NCBI GenBank assembly: GCA_020346225.1 | Contig: CP070777.1 | Span: 2,623,890-2,687,889, forward strand | DNA: 64,000 bases | Origin: Candidatus Zixiibacteriota bacterium | GTDB lineage: Bacteria > Zixibacteria > MSB-5A5 > GN15 > FEB-12 | Direction: 5' to 3' | Shown: positions 8,593 through 18,309 of the stretch, piece by piece | How positions within the stretch are numbered: the first letter of the stretch is position 1 | Layout of the letters: each line of letters opens with the position of its first letter | Notes under the pieces: generated by a model | Seen by the model: the letters and a program-made list of their open reading frames with translations, nothing else | Told to the model about the DNA's origin: nothing | Database searches by the model: none | Position numbers and translations under genes: made by a program

Positions 8593-10617
8593 TTAATGTT
8601 CCTTCTCCCTCAGCTTCTTCACCTGGATATCGCTCTCGGAAGAAACCGGTTCCTTGACGCAGCGCCGGCACCGGGCCACCACGAAGGTAACATCGTCGGC
8701 GGCCTTGGCAAACCCCGTGAAATCGTCGAGCTGGTTGACCAGAGCTTCCGACAGGTTACTCACCGGCTCGGCGGCGTGCTCGTTCAGATAAGACTCGAAA
8801 AAGGCGGTGAGGCGTTCCATTCCGAACTGACTGTTGTCGCGCCCCCTGGCCTCGGTTATGCCGTCGGTGAAGAGCAGAAACATGTCCTCATGATTCAGCT
8901 TGACGACCAGTTCCTCGAGAGACTCTTCGAAGCTTCGCCCCTCGGCCAGCGGCACGCCCAGGGGAAGACCTTTCGGGTTTACCTTGTCGACCGCCTTTTT
9001 GGACGCGTCATAGAACAGCATCGGGGTATGTCCGGCCGACACCAGGCTTATCCGGCTGGTCTCGGCATCGTAGATAACCAGAAAGATGGTTATGAACATA
9101 CCGGTCGGTATATTCTGGGACAGGTAACCGTCGACTCTGGTGAGGAGCTTCTTGGCCGACGTCTCCTCGGCCGCCTGGATCTGGAGGACGGTGCGCAGAA
9201 TCGACATTACCAGCGAGGCCGGGACACCTTTGCCGGAGACATCGGCCACCGCCAAACAGTACCGCTCTTCGCTGATTTTGAAGATGTCGTAGAGGTCGCC
9301 GCCGATGACCGAGGCCGCGCGATAAAGGGCGTCGATCTCGAGATGCGGGACCTCCGGCAGTTTTCGGGGCAGCAGGGTCTTTTGAATTTCCGAAGCTACT
9401 TCGATTTCCTTGGCCAGTTTCTCCCGCTCCACCACGTTTCTCTGGTCCTGACTCAAGCGCGTCATCATCTGGTTGAAGGCCTTGGATATCTCGAAAAACT
9501 CCTCGGCGCCGGTCAGGGGGAGCTCTGTTTCCATCTCACCGGACGTAAACCGCCGGACGCGCCGGGTTATGTTGAGAATGGGACTGACGAAGTAATTCGA
9601 CAGCAAATAAATGCCGAGAATGCCGAAAACAACGAGAACGACCGTCAGCAGGAAGATACTGCGCCGTGATTCGGTGAGCCGGAAGTAAATCCCGGCCGTC
9701 GAATAGGTGGTGTGCACCTTGCCCAGCAGCCTCTCCCCCGCGCGGATCGGTGTCACCAGATAACTGAATTTCTCAAACTCCGTGGTGACCGGTTGGGGCA
9801 CACCGATTGTGTCGGCGCTGACCTGCTCCGGGACGCGGTACGGCCGACGGATGTTGCGGATGTCATCGGAATGGGCCCTGATGATATTGGCCGAGTCGGT
9901 CAGCACAATCAGCTTCAACTCGGGGTTGGCCCGCATATAGCTCACAATCAGCTCGTCAAACTCGACATCGGAGCGTCGGTTGATAAAGTAACCCGCCGCC
10001 TGATCGGCGATGGTCTTCGAGAGGGCCTGAACGGTTTCATGTTTGTGAGTGTACATCAGCTTTGAAGCGCGGTAATCGAAATAGTAAATCGACGCGCCGA
10101 TAATGACGCACATAATGATAAAGGTCCAGACGGAAAACTTGACCCGCAAAGTGAACAGCCGTCTGAGGAAGGTGTGGCCGATGGGTGACGGCGCGCTGAT
10201 GTGCTTGATCATGCGCAGCTCGTTGAAGCTGGCGGTGGAAATATACTCCACCGAATCCATGATTTTCTGGATCATATAAAAGCCCAGGCCCCCCTTGCGA
10301 CCCGACTCAACGAGCTGCTCGAGATCGAGGGCCCCGGTGCCGCTGGGCTGGAAAGAGCGACCCGAATCTATCAAAGAAAAGACGATCAGCTTCTTGTAGA
10401 TGACGATGCGCAGACGGATGATGCCTTTTTCGTAGAGGTAGGCGTGTCTGATGATGTTGGTGGCACCTTCCTCAATGGCCAGCAGCACGGAAGCGGTGTC
10501 TTTGCGCGACATGGAAGCGGCGATGCAGCTTTCTCGCGCCGTCCGCTGGATGCTGTCGAGGTACTTTTCCTCGGCCAGAAACTCCGCGTTGATTTCCTTG
10601 ACCGGTCTACGGAACAT
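8593..10617 (-). CDS. fusion protein: N-terminal RsbW/SpoIIAB-like Ser kinase (HATPase_c) + 2-TM sensor + HAMP + PP2C/SpoIIE phosphatase
   Basis: N-box EEGATNIIRHAY and G-box GGLGFYMIQKIMD in the first ~140 aa. Two hydrophobic helices flank a ~140-aa segment. HAMP-like linker. SpoIIE motifs EIQKTLLP, GGDLYD, LFTDGITE. Confidence 0.85.
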   Translation of the reverse strand: MFRRPVKEINAEFLAEEKYLDSIQRTARESCIAASMSRKDTASVLLAIEEGATNIIRHAYLYEKGIIRLRIVIYKKLIVFSLIDSGRSFQPSGTGALDLEQLVESGRKGGLGFYMIQKIMDSVEYISTASFNELRMIKHISAPSPIGHTFLRRLFTLRVKFSVWTFIIMCVIIGASIYYFDYRASKLMYTHKHETVQALSKTIADQAAGYFINRRSDVEFDELIVSYMRANPELKLIVLTDSANIIRAHSDDIRNIRRPYRVPEQVSADTIGVPQPVTTEFEKFSYLVTPIRAGERLLGKVHTTYSTAGIYFRLTESRRSIFLLTVVLVVFGILGIYLLSNYFVSPILNITRRVRRFTSGEMETELPLTGAEEFFEISKAFNQMMTRLSQDQRNVVEREKLAKEIEVASEIQKTLLPRKLPEVPHLEIDALYRAASVIGGDLYDIFKISEERYCLAVADVSGKGVPASLVMSILRTVLQIQAAEETSAKKLLTRVDGYLSQNIPTGMFITIFLVIYDAETSRISLVSAGHTPMLFYDASKKAVDKVNPKGLPLGVPLAEGRSFEESLEELVVKLNHEDMFLLFTDGITEARGRDNSQFGMERLTAFFESYLNEHAAEPVSNLSEALVNQLDDFTGFAKAADDVTFVVARCRRCVKEPVSSESDIQVKKLREKEH

Positions 10618-10675
10618 ATCAATGAAATTAGTACCGGGACGGTGAACCGTCTATTAAAAAAAGCACGCCGTCCGG

Positions 10676-12505
10676 TTACTCCGTGTCTTCCGACTGAAGG
10701 CGCAGGCGGGCCTGTTCGATATTGTTGAGCGTGTTCACGTTATTGGGGTATACCTCGAGCACCCGGTTCCAGGCGTCGATGGCTTTCTGGTACTCCCTGT
10801 TGCGCATATGACGCAGCCCGTCCAGATACAGCTGCCATATCTCGCGATCCCGGTAGAGGTCCTCCAGGGTGGTGGTCCGCTCCTCAACAGCGTCGATCTT
10901 CCTGAGATACTCGATGGCCACCGGGTTCTCCCGGTCACTCAAGAGGACCGTGCCAAAGGTGATCCTGGCGTTCTCATAGTCGCCGGCGTTGTACTGACTG
11001 ATTCCCCGGTCAAGCTGTTGCGCCACATCAAGGCTGGCCGCTATTCGCTCCCAGGCGGCGGTAGCCCGCTGATTGTCCGGGTCAAGCTCGAGGATGCGGT
11101 GATAGGATTCCAGCGCCGCCACCGAGTTCTTGCCCCTCTCGGACTCGACCGCCTTATCGAACTCGGCTTCGATTTCGAGCCCTATCGCCTTCTCGATACC
11201 CCGTTTAAGTTCGACCGCGTCGATGTAGTTCGGGTTGATGTCGAAAATGAGCTCCAGCATATCCAGAGCCGCCGGATAATACTTCTTTGCGAAGAAATTC
11301 TGCGCCTGAGCGTAGTAGTTCTCGATCGACTTCTGCAGCTCCAGCCGGGTCTGCCTGATCCTCTGTTGCTCCTCGAGCTGGACCGACAGGGACCTCTCAA
11401 TGGCGGCGATGGTCCCGACAATGGCTTCGTTGTCCTCATCAAAGGCCAGCGCCCGCTGATAATAGACCAGCGCGGAATCCAGGTGGAACCGTGAGTAGAA
11501 ACCGTCGGCCTTCTCTTTGAAGAACTCGAACTGGCGACGCCGTTCATCCTCCAGCAGAACCGTCCCGCGCTGCTCGGCGAGCTGCTCGGAGCGTTCGCGC
11601 TGCGCGGAGATGGGCGTTCCAATCAGGAATGAGACCGAGAAGCGGTGACTGTCGTCAACGTAATCCATGACCTTGTAGGCATAGTCGATCTTCAGCCTGT
11701 TGAGCTTCAGGCCGGCCCCGAATGACAAATTGTCTTTATCGTAGCCGCCTCTGAGAGCGTAGTTGCCGTTGAAGAGCAACTCGACCCCGCCGTGCACTTT
11801 GGCTGAGCGGTTTTCGATCTTCTCCAGCTCGAAGACACCCGTCACACTCACCTCATCGCTCAGGGGCAAAAGCCGGGCCGACATCCCGCCTGCTACCGAA
11901 ATGGGCGTCGTTTCCGATTGCCGCTGCAGCTCCAGTTCGGGCGGCACCATATCACGAAACATAAGACCGGCGGTGAAATAACGGCTCATCCGCGCCATCA
12001 TGCCGAGATCGAAACCAAAGGCGTAGTCGGACAAGTTATCGATAGACTGATTGACAAGCTTGAAACTCAGCCCCAGGGAGAAACCGCCCTGAAGGCGCTG
12101 CCCGTAGGCAATGAGGAACTGGGACTGGGCATAATCAAAGGTGCCGCCCTCGACAAAGTCGGTCCGACGGACAATGTCGTCGGTGCCGATACGCATATAG
12201 CCCAGCCCGAAACCGCCCAGCTTTATATCGGGATAGACCCAGCCGCCGAAGTTGTAGGAAGTGCCTTCAAAAAGGCGCATGTGCATGGCGGAAACTTCCT
12301 GGCTCTCCAGCAGCGCCAATCCGGCGGGATTGTAGTAAATCGCCGAGGCGTCGTCGGCCAGCGAGGTAAAGCCGCCGCCCATGCCGAGGGCGCGGGCACC
12401 CAGCCCGACCGTAAAAGGCGACTCCTGTCCGGCGTCACCGGCCGCCGCCGGCGAGCCCGCCAGAAGAACGATAACCGCCGCTGTAACCAGTGCCGCGCGC
12501 ATCAT
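10676..12505 (-). CDS. outer-membrane beta-barrel (PorV/PorQ-like) fused to C-terminal TPR domain
   Basis: Signal peptide. GARALGMGGGFTSLADDASAIYYNPAGLA signature and alternating beta-strand pattern for ~300 aa, then ~300 aa of TPR repeats. The ATG overlaps the upstream stop (ATGA). Confidence 0.7.
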   Translation of the reverse strand: MMRAALVTAAVIVLLAGSPAAAGDAGQESPFTVGLGARALGMGGGFTSLADDASAIYYNPAGLALLESQEVSAMHMRLFEGTSYNFGGWVYPDIKLGGFGLGYMRIGTDDIVRRTDFVEGGTFDYAQSQFLIAYGQRLQGGFSLGLSFKLVNQSIDNLSDYAFGFDLGMMARMSRYFTAGLMFRDMVPPELELQRQSETTPISVAGGMSARLLPLSDEVSVTGVFELEKIENRSAKVHGGVELLFNGNYALRGGYDKDNLSFGAGLKLNRLKIDYAYKVMDYVDDSHRFSVSFLIGTPISAQRERSEQLAEQRGTVLLEDERRRQFEFFKEKADGFYSRFHLDSALVYYQRALAFDEDNEAIVGTIAAIERSLSVQLEEQQRIRQTRLELQKSIENYYAQAQNFFAKKYYPAALDMLELIFDINPNYIDAVELKRGIEKAIGLEIEAEFDKAVESERGKNSVAALESYHRILELDPDNQRATAAWERIAASLDVAQQLDRGISQYNAGDYENARITFGTVLLSDRENPVAIEYLRKIDAVEERTTTLEDLYRDREIWQLYLDGLRHMRNREYQKAIDAWNRVLEVYPNNVNTLNNIEQARLRLQSEDTE

Positions 12506-15500
12506 TTCACCACCGCTACTTTGAGTGTAGCCGTTTCACCGGTGCTGGCGTTCCTTATGAAAGCCAGGTAAACACCGTTAAGCACCATATAGCCGCTGGT
12601 GTTGCGTCCATCCCACTGAACCAGGTAAGGCTCATCCGCGGAGCTGCGCCCGAAACCGGCCGGCAGGTCGGCGCTGTACACCTCTTCTCCCGTGAGGCTG
12701 AAGACTCTGAACTCCACCGGAGCGTCCCCGGCCAGTTCGTAACTGAAGCGTACCGGCCCGTCGTCGGGATTGAACGGGTTGTTCTCGACGAGAAAAGAGC
12801 CCTGAAGGGTGGCGTCCGTCACCACGACCGGCTGCGACAGAATAGACTCGCCTTCCGAAGGCGACGTGATGGCCGGGGCCAGACCGGCGTTGGGACCGCT
12901 TGTGAACCGAGCCACCACACCGTCCCACGGAAGTTCCAGGGCAACCGTACTCTGGTCGGTGCCGTAGAACTCTGCTTTGAGGATAAGCGAACGGCTGGCT
13001 CGGGGCTCGATGACAAAGTCGCTAAAACCGAAGGCTATCAGGCTGTCCCCGGCACTGGTACTGGAAACCGCCTGCTCGTTTTCATAGAAGGCGGTATTGC
13101 CGATGTTGAAAACAGACATAGCGTCGAGGGGCCGGCCGTCGGCGCCCCTGACGATCATCTGAATTCGAACCAGCTCAACCGTGGTCACCGATGAGATGCC
13201 TGTATTGGTCAAGTCGATTTGAAACAGGTCCTTGGCGCGTCCCGGGAGCACCAGGTTGGTTCCGAGCGGCGTGACCTCAACGTGAAGAGCGGCCTCGGCA
13301 AAGATGATACCGAATTCGGACGTGAACGACGTGTCATCGATGGCGGCTGGCTGATCGGCGTTGACGTCCACCGGCCGGTCGGTGAGACTGAAGAACATGC
13401 TCTCGGTGGTATCGTGCTGCGGAGCCACGTAGGAAAAGTCGATATGCCGGTCAGCGGTTATGAAACCTGACAGCGTGTCCGGGCCGTCACGGTCGAGCCC
13501 CTCGGTCACCAGTATATACCCTGACTGGCTTACCCCCGCCATCCCGTGGTTGATAATCTCCACGGTCAGCGTGATGTTGCTGCCGTAGCTGGCCAGCCCG
13601 CCCTCGACGCCGAACAGGTCGTAGGTGAGTTCAAGCTCAGCCGGCGTTTCGATCGTGATCAGGGCGACGTTGTTCACCGGCGTGAGGCCCGACACGTCAG
13701 GCACCGCCACCTCGACAATGAAGATTTCGGCCGGGTTGGGCTGGCTCGCCGCGATGACCTCCCAGAACACTTCGACCGTGTCGCCGGGGTCAATGGCGAA
13801 GGGAGGCAACTGCGGTTCGAAGGTCGAGTTGCCGTCGGAGAACAGCCTGAGTGTGACCGACCCGGCAGCAACCGTTCCCTGATTGGCCACCGTGCAGGAA
13901 ATCTGGAATTGCTGCAGAGTATTGACCTTGGGCGCGTTCGGGGCAACTACCGCCAGATCGATTATTCGAACGGCCGGCTGGGAAATTACGGCTATCGTCA
14001 GACCGTTGAAATCAGAGGTAACTTCCTTTATGTCCGCCGAGCCGGGAACCCGATAGGCGACGCGCGCATTAGCCTGAAGCTGCTGGCCCTGAAGCGAGGG
14101 CGGAAAATATATGTCCTCACTGTAGCATGTGTTGACTCCCGGGTTAAGCGTATCGCGGTCGGCGGAGATATCAACGGTAGCGTCGAAACCGTCTCCAACG
14201 AGTTGAAACCACGAGCTGCCGTCAACCGCCAGAGGCACCGCGCTGTTGTTAACCACATCGAACGTAAAGGGCGCCGCCGTACCCACCGTGACGAACGTGG
14301 GCGCGAGCGACTGCGCATCAACCGCGACCTGAGGAGCCTGAACGACAAAAAACGAGTCGGGGTACCGATTCTCAAGCTGCATCACCGCGCTCAGCGAGTA
14401 CATGCGCAGGTTCAGTTCCACCGGGTACCAGCCCTCTGACGGCACCGCCCCCACCGGCAACAAGGAAAGCATACCTTCGAAACTGATATAACCGCCGCCG
14501 ATTGCGGTCGGCTCGGGATTCCCCGTGTAAACCGTGGCCAGAATCTCCCCGTCGACTGCATCTCTTAGTCTTATTTCCAGCGAAACGCTGTCGACAGTCA
14601 GCGAGAATCCCTCGGAGAAAACTTCGAAGGATACACCGAACTGGGTCCCCTCGGTTACCGTGTCCGGGGTCAGCGTGCCATCGACAACATTGAACGGCGC
14701 GACCCGCACCACCTCGACCGGAAGCAGAAGTGAGTCGACCGTGGAGTAAATCGTCCCTTCCGTCTCGAAGTCGGCTTCCACGGTCACCAGCAGCGTGTCC
14801 TCGTCAAGCTGGTGTTCTATGTTCGGCGGAAATATGACTACCGTGTCCAGGCCCGCGGGCAACTGCTCGGCCGGTATCATCAGCCCCTGGGACCCGACCC
14901 CCCCCAGGAACCTGGTACCCACATAAACATAGCCGGTCGGCGCCACATTCCCGGCGCGGTGGATTATGACGCTGACAACGTTGTGGACACTGAAATCGTC
15001 CGCGAACACGGTGTTGACGGTTTGCCCCGACGGATCCAGGGCATTGATAACGTCGTAACCGTTGAATGATACCGTGGCCGACGCCGATACGCCCCGGTCG
15101 TCTTCAATCGCAAGAGTTGTCGTCGTCGACAGGCCGCTATAAACAATGCCGGCATCGAGCATTTGCACCACACCGTCCGTAATCAGGCTGTTGCTCGCCA
15201 GGACATCGGGCACCAGCTTACCTTCGCCCGTACTCAGATACAGCGGGTCGGAAGAGAGCACGTAATCGGTTTTCAAGTTGTCGAAGGCATCAAACAGCGT
15301 TGCCGTCGCCTCACCGCGCAGCGGGTGACCGACGAACTGGGTATCGGACAGGGTCAGCGCGATACGCGCCATATCCCCCGGCCGAACCGTGATCAGACCC
15401 GATTGACCCGAGACATTTCCGACACGGGCGACGGCGTGTCCTTGCCCAACCGTGGTAGCATAAAGAGTGGAGCCGCTCAAATCACCGAGACAGTCGCCGC

Positions 15501-16305
15501 AGTCGAGCGACCAGAGAAAACTCAGGCCGCTCACAATATTGCCGAACTCGTCATAGCCGGTCGCACCGAAACTGACCGACTCGCCGGCGGGCAGGGTGAT
15601 GTCATCCTGCGGCGCAACCGCTATTGTTGCCACGCGAGCCGGAGTAATCTCGAACGGCTCTGACACGGCCGGGCCGGCGATGGCCGTACCGTTTTGCCTG
15701 AAGGCCAGGGCCGCGAGATAGTACGCACCGGCGTGTGTCGGATTGCCGATGCTGCGAACAGTGAAGGTGACGTCTACCGTCACGCTCGCAGAGCCCAGTA
15801 GCTCCTCACCTTCGGGCTGAACCTGCTCGACGTAGACGACCAGCATCTGGTCGATAATGTCGTACCCTTCCACCTCGAAAACGAAAGTCTGGCAGTTGTC
15901 AACCAGGCTGACCGAGTGAATGGAGTACAGGTCGAATCCCGCGGGCAGAGCGAAATTGAAGCCGCCGTGCCGGACAAGTTCATAGGTGGCCTCGCTCATC
16001 TGAAAGTCGATCTCATACTCGGAGGTTGCCCCGGCCTGCGGGTCGGCTACGGTCACCTGAAGGTTGGCGATGGTACCGTCGTCGATAGGCAGGTCAACAC
16101 CGAAGACCTCCACCAGTTCGGCGGGGTCACTCTGAGCGCAAAGCTGAGGAGAAGCCCACAAGGGATACAACAGAAGCGTCAGAAGAACGATAAAAGATGT
16201 TGTCCGACCAGGCCTTATCAACGAATTCAATCCCTTTTTTGGCGCTTGGGTGCTACGGTAACTATGTTCAAAAAGCAAACGGTGTGCCTTGAAATATGAC
16301 CGCAA
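12502..16305 (-). CDS. large secreted surface protein with Ig-like (Big_2-type) repeats and FlgD-Ig/T9SS-type C-terminal sorting domain
   Basis: Up to 1267 aa. C-terminal ~90 aa (NPFNPDDGPVRFSYEL...FRVFSLTGEEV...LNGVYLA...KVAVVK) resembles T9SS type-A/FlgD-Ig CTDs. The track start is TTG at 16305. A better start is TTG at 16221 (MIRPGRTTSFIVLLTLLLYPLWASPQLCAQ signal peptide, AAGGGA upstream). Confidence 0.75.
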   Translation of the reverse strand: MRSYFKAHRLLFEHSYRSTQAPKKGLNSLIRPGRTTSFIVLLTLLLYPLWASPQLCAQSDPAELVEVFGVDLPIDDGTIANLQVTVADPQAGATSEYEIDFQMSEATYELVRHGGFNFALPAGFDLYSIHSVSLVDNCQTFVFEVEGYDIIDQMLVVYVEQVQPEGEELLGSASVTVDVTFTVRSIGNPTHAGAYYLAALAFRQNGTAIAGPAVSEPFEITPARVATIAVAPQDDITLPAGESVSFGATGYDEFGNIVSGLSFLWSLDCGDCLGDLSGSTLYATTVGQGHAVARVGNVSGQSGLITVRPGDMARIALTLSDTQFVGHPLRGEATATLFDAFDNLKTDYVLSSDPLYLSTGEGKLVPDVLASNSLITDGVVQMLDAGIVYSGLSTTTTLAIEDDRGVSASATVSFNGYDVINALDPSGQTVNTVFADDFSVHNVVSVIIHRAGNVAPTGYVYVGTRFLGGVGSQGLMIPAEQLPAGLDTVVIFPPNIEHQLDEDTLLVTVEADFETEGTIYSTVDSLLLPVEVVRVAPFNVVDGTLTPDTVTEGTQFGVSFEVFSEGFSLTVDSVSLEIRLRDAVDGEILATVYTGNPEPTAIGGGYISFEGMLSLLPVGAVPSEGWYPVELNLRMYSLSAVMQLENRYPDSFFVVQAPQVAVDAQSLAPTFVTVGTAAPFTFDVVNNSAVPLAVDGSSWFQLVGDGFDATVDISADRDTLNPGVNTCYSEDIYFPPSLQGQQLQANARVAYRVPGSADIKEVTSDFNGLTIAVISQPAVRIIDLAVVAPNAPKVNTLQQFQISCTVANQGTVAAGSVTLRLFSDGNSTFEPQLPPFAIDPGDTVEVFWEVIAASQPNPAEIFIVEVAVPDVSGLTPVNNVALITIETPAELELTYDLFGVEGGLASYGSNITLTVEIINHGMAGVSQSGYILVTEGLDRDGPDTLSGFITADRHIDFSYVAPQHDTTESMFFSLTDRPVDVNADQPAAIDDTSFTSEFGIIFAEAALHVEVTPLGTNLVLPGRAKDLFQIDLTNTGISSVTTVELVRIQMIVRGADGRPLDAMSVFNIGNTAFYENEQAVSSTSAGDSLIAFGFSDFVIEPRASRSLILKAEFYGTDQSTVALELPWDGVVARFTSGPNAGLAPAITSPSEGESILSQPVVVTDATLQGSFLVENNPFNPDDGPVRFSYELAGDAPVEFRVFSLTGEEVYSADLPAGFGRSSADEPYLVQWDGRNTSGYMVLNGVYLAFIRNASTGETATLKVAVVK

Positions 16306-16507
16306 GTGGAAAACCGAAACTACCCCTGTATGCCGGGGTGGCAGTCTAATGTAATAATCAATAACAGCTTATGCAAGTAATAAAGACGTGTTTGGGCTTC
16401 GTTTTGGCGCATCAACCCCCTCCCGTCACCAACCACCGGTTTTTCGGTGTGTAAAGTTTTGCACTATCGTTCACAAAGACTGCAGGCTAGCCCAAAGAAC
16501 CTGCCGG

Positions 16508-17389
16508 CTATTTAATCGCCCTTTCAGCGGCCGTAACAGTGTTGGCCATCAGCATGGCGATCGTCATCGGGCCGACACCCCCGGGCACGGGGGTGATTTT
16601 GGCTGCTTTTCCCATACAGCCGGCAACCTCAACATCGCCTACCAGACGATAACCCTTTTCGTTTGAACTGTCCTCGACGCGGTTGACGCCGACGTCGATT
16701 ACCACAGCCCCTTCTTTGACCATATCCGCCTTTATAACCTCCGGTTTACCGATAGCCGCCACCAGGATGTCGGCCCGACACGTAATCTCGGCAAGGTTGG
16801 CGGTTCGCGAGTGGGCAACCGTCACGGTGGCGTTGCCCATTGGGCCCTTCCTCAGGAGCATAGCGGCCAGGGGCTTTCCCACGATGCTGGAACGCCCCAC
16901 GATAACAACCTCCTGACCGGCCGGGTCAATCTCGTAAAACTCCATCAGACGTAGGATCCCGTGGGGGGTACACGGCAGAAGGTCCCCCCGGCCGATGAGC
17001 ATCATGCCGACGTTGTACGGGTGAAACCCGTCCACGTCCTTCTCGGGTAAGATGGTGACCGTGACAGCATGCTCATCGATCTGCGGCGGCACCGGCGATT
17101 GTACCAGTATACCGTGAATCTGCGGGTCTTCGTTGAGCGACCTGACGATGTCTACCAGTTCGTCCTGACTCAGCGAGACATCCTTTTTGATCACCCGTGA
17201 ATACAACCCCAGCTTGTCGCAGGCGGCGACTTTGCCTCTCACGTAGGTGGCCGAAGCCGGGTCGTCGCCCACGAGCACGGCGGCCAGGCCGGGCGTGACC
17301 CCCCGCTCTTTCAGCGTCGCAATACGACCTTTCAGTTCCTTGCGAATGCTCTTTGCAACTTCTTTGCCGGTAAGAATTTGAGTGTCCAT
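16508..17389 (-). CDS. folD: bifunctional methylenetetrahydrofolate dehydrogenase/cyclohydrolase
   Basis: 293 aa, full-length similarity to FolD (ILVGDDPAS.YV..K, VVIVGRS.IVGKP, PGGVGPMT motifs). Confidence 0.95.
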   Translation of the reverse strand: MDTQILTGKEVAKSIRKELKGRIATLKERGVTPGLAAVLVGDDPASATYVRGKVAACDKLGLYSRVIKKDVSLSQDELVDIVRSLNEDPQIHGILVQSPVPPQIDEHAVTVTILPEKDVDGFHPYNVGMMLIGRGDLLPCTPHGILRLMEFYEIDPAGQEVVIVGRSSIVGKPLAAMLLRKGPMGNATVTVAHSRTANLAEITCRADILVAAIGKPEVIKADMVKEGAVVIDVGVNRVEDSSNEKGYRLVGDVEVAGCMGKAAKITPVPGGVGPMTIAMLMANTVTAAERAIK

Positions 17390-17404
17390 TTCTAAAGTAG
17401 CGCT

Positions 17405-18235
17405 TTACTCTTCGACATTCTGGTTCTTATTCTGATGGGCCTCAAGATCGAAATCCTCCCGAAACCGCTCAATGCTGAGAGCTTCACCCGAGGACGGGTC
17501 CGCCGTGATGACCACCCCGGAGATTTTGACGTCATCGGTAGCCGTGGTGAACCGTATCGGCAGCCCGGTCAGAAAGCGTTCAAGCGACGGCCCCACTTCC
17601 ATACCGATCACGGAATCATAGGGACCGGTCATACCGGCATCGGTGATATAAGCGGTACCGCGACGGGAGACCTTCTCATCCGCCGTCTGTACATGCGTGT
17701 GCGTTCCGATCACGGCCGTCACGAGCCCGTCGAGATGGTAAGCCATAGCCTGCTTTTCGGAAGTGGCCTCGGCATGGAAATCGACAATGATCAGGTTGGT
17801 TTCCTTTCGCAGGGCAGCCAACTCGCGCTCGGCCACTTGGAAGGGACAGTCGATGTCTTTCATGTAGGTACGGCCCATCAGGTTCAGTACACCGATCTTC
17901 GTGTCTTTTGCAACGTCGAGGAACGCGCCTGAACCGGGCACCTTGCCCGGATAGTTGGCCGGCCGAAGCAGCCGGGGCTTGGTGGCGAAGTATTTCATGA
18001 TGTCCATCCGGTCCCAGATGTGGTTGCCGGACGTCTGAATATCAACCCCGTAACTGAAGATTTTCTGAGACATCTCGGCGGTGATACCGAAGCCTCCGGC
18101 TGCGTTTTCGACATTGGCGATGACGTAATCGGCGTTGTATTTCTCCCGGAGCGGCTTGACCATATAGGCCGCGGCCTGGCGGCCCGCCCGCCCGCAGATA
18201 TCGGCAACAAAGAGAACGATAAAAGCTGACATCAA
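17405..18235 (-). CDS. ymdB: YmdB-family metallophosphoesterase (2',3'-cyclic-nucleotide phosphodiesterase)
   Basis: 276 aa. N-terminal VLFVADICGRAGR and GNHIWD motifs. Conserved position immediately downstream of rny, as in Bacillus. Confidence 0.85.
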   Translation of the reverse strand: MMSAFIVLFVADICGRAGRQAAAYMVKPLREKYNADYVIANVENAAGGFGITAEMSQKIFSYGVDIQTSGNHIWDRMDIMKYFATKPRLLRPANYPGKVPGSGAFLDVAKDTKIGVLNLMGRTYMKDIDCPFQVAERELAALRKETNLIIVDFHAEATSEKQAMAYHLDGLVTAVIGTHTHVQTADEKVSRRGTAYITDAGMTGPYDSVIGMEVGPSLERFLTGLPIRFTTATDDVKISGVVITADPSSGEALSIERFREDFDLEAHQNKNQNVEE

Positions 18236-18309
18236 ATCGTCTTTCTAAGGCGGTTTGAAGTAACCTGCCAACCGGTTCCGCCGCAGCCGACCGGCAGGTG
18301 GCCCTGCAA

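Noticed and set aside
8231-8671. 146-aa minus-strand ORF spanning the STAS gene and the fusion-gene junction, and similar out-of-frame minus ORFs (for example 11182-11622 and 34579-34848)
   Set aside because: They overlap well-supported genes in another frame and have Arg/Ser/Pro-rich composition with no motifs.
10650-10675. T7 run after the PorV-like/TPR gene as an intrinsic terminator
   Set aside because: Only a 4-bp stem (CACG/CGTG) can be drawn immediately upstream, which is not convincing.
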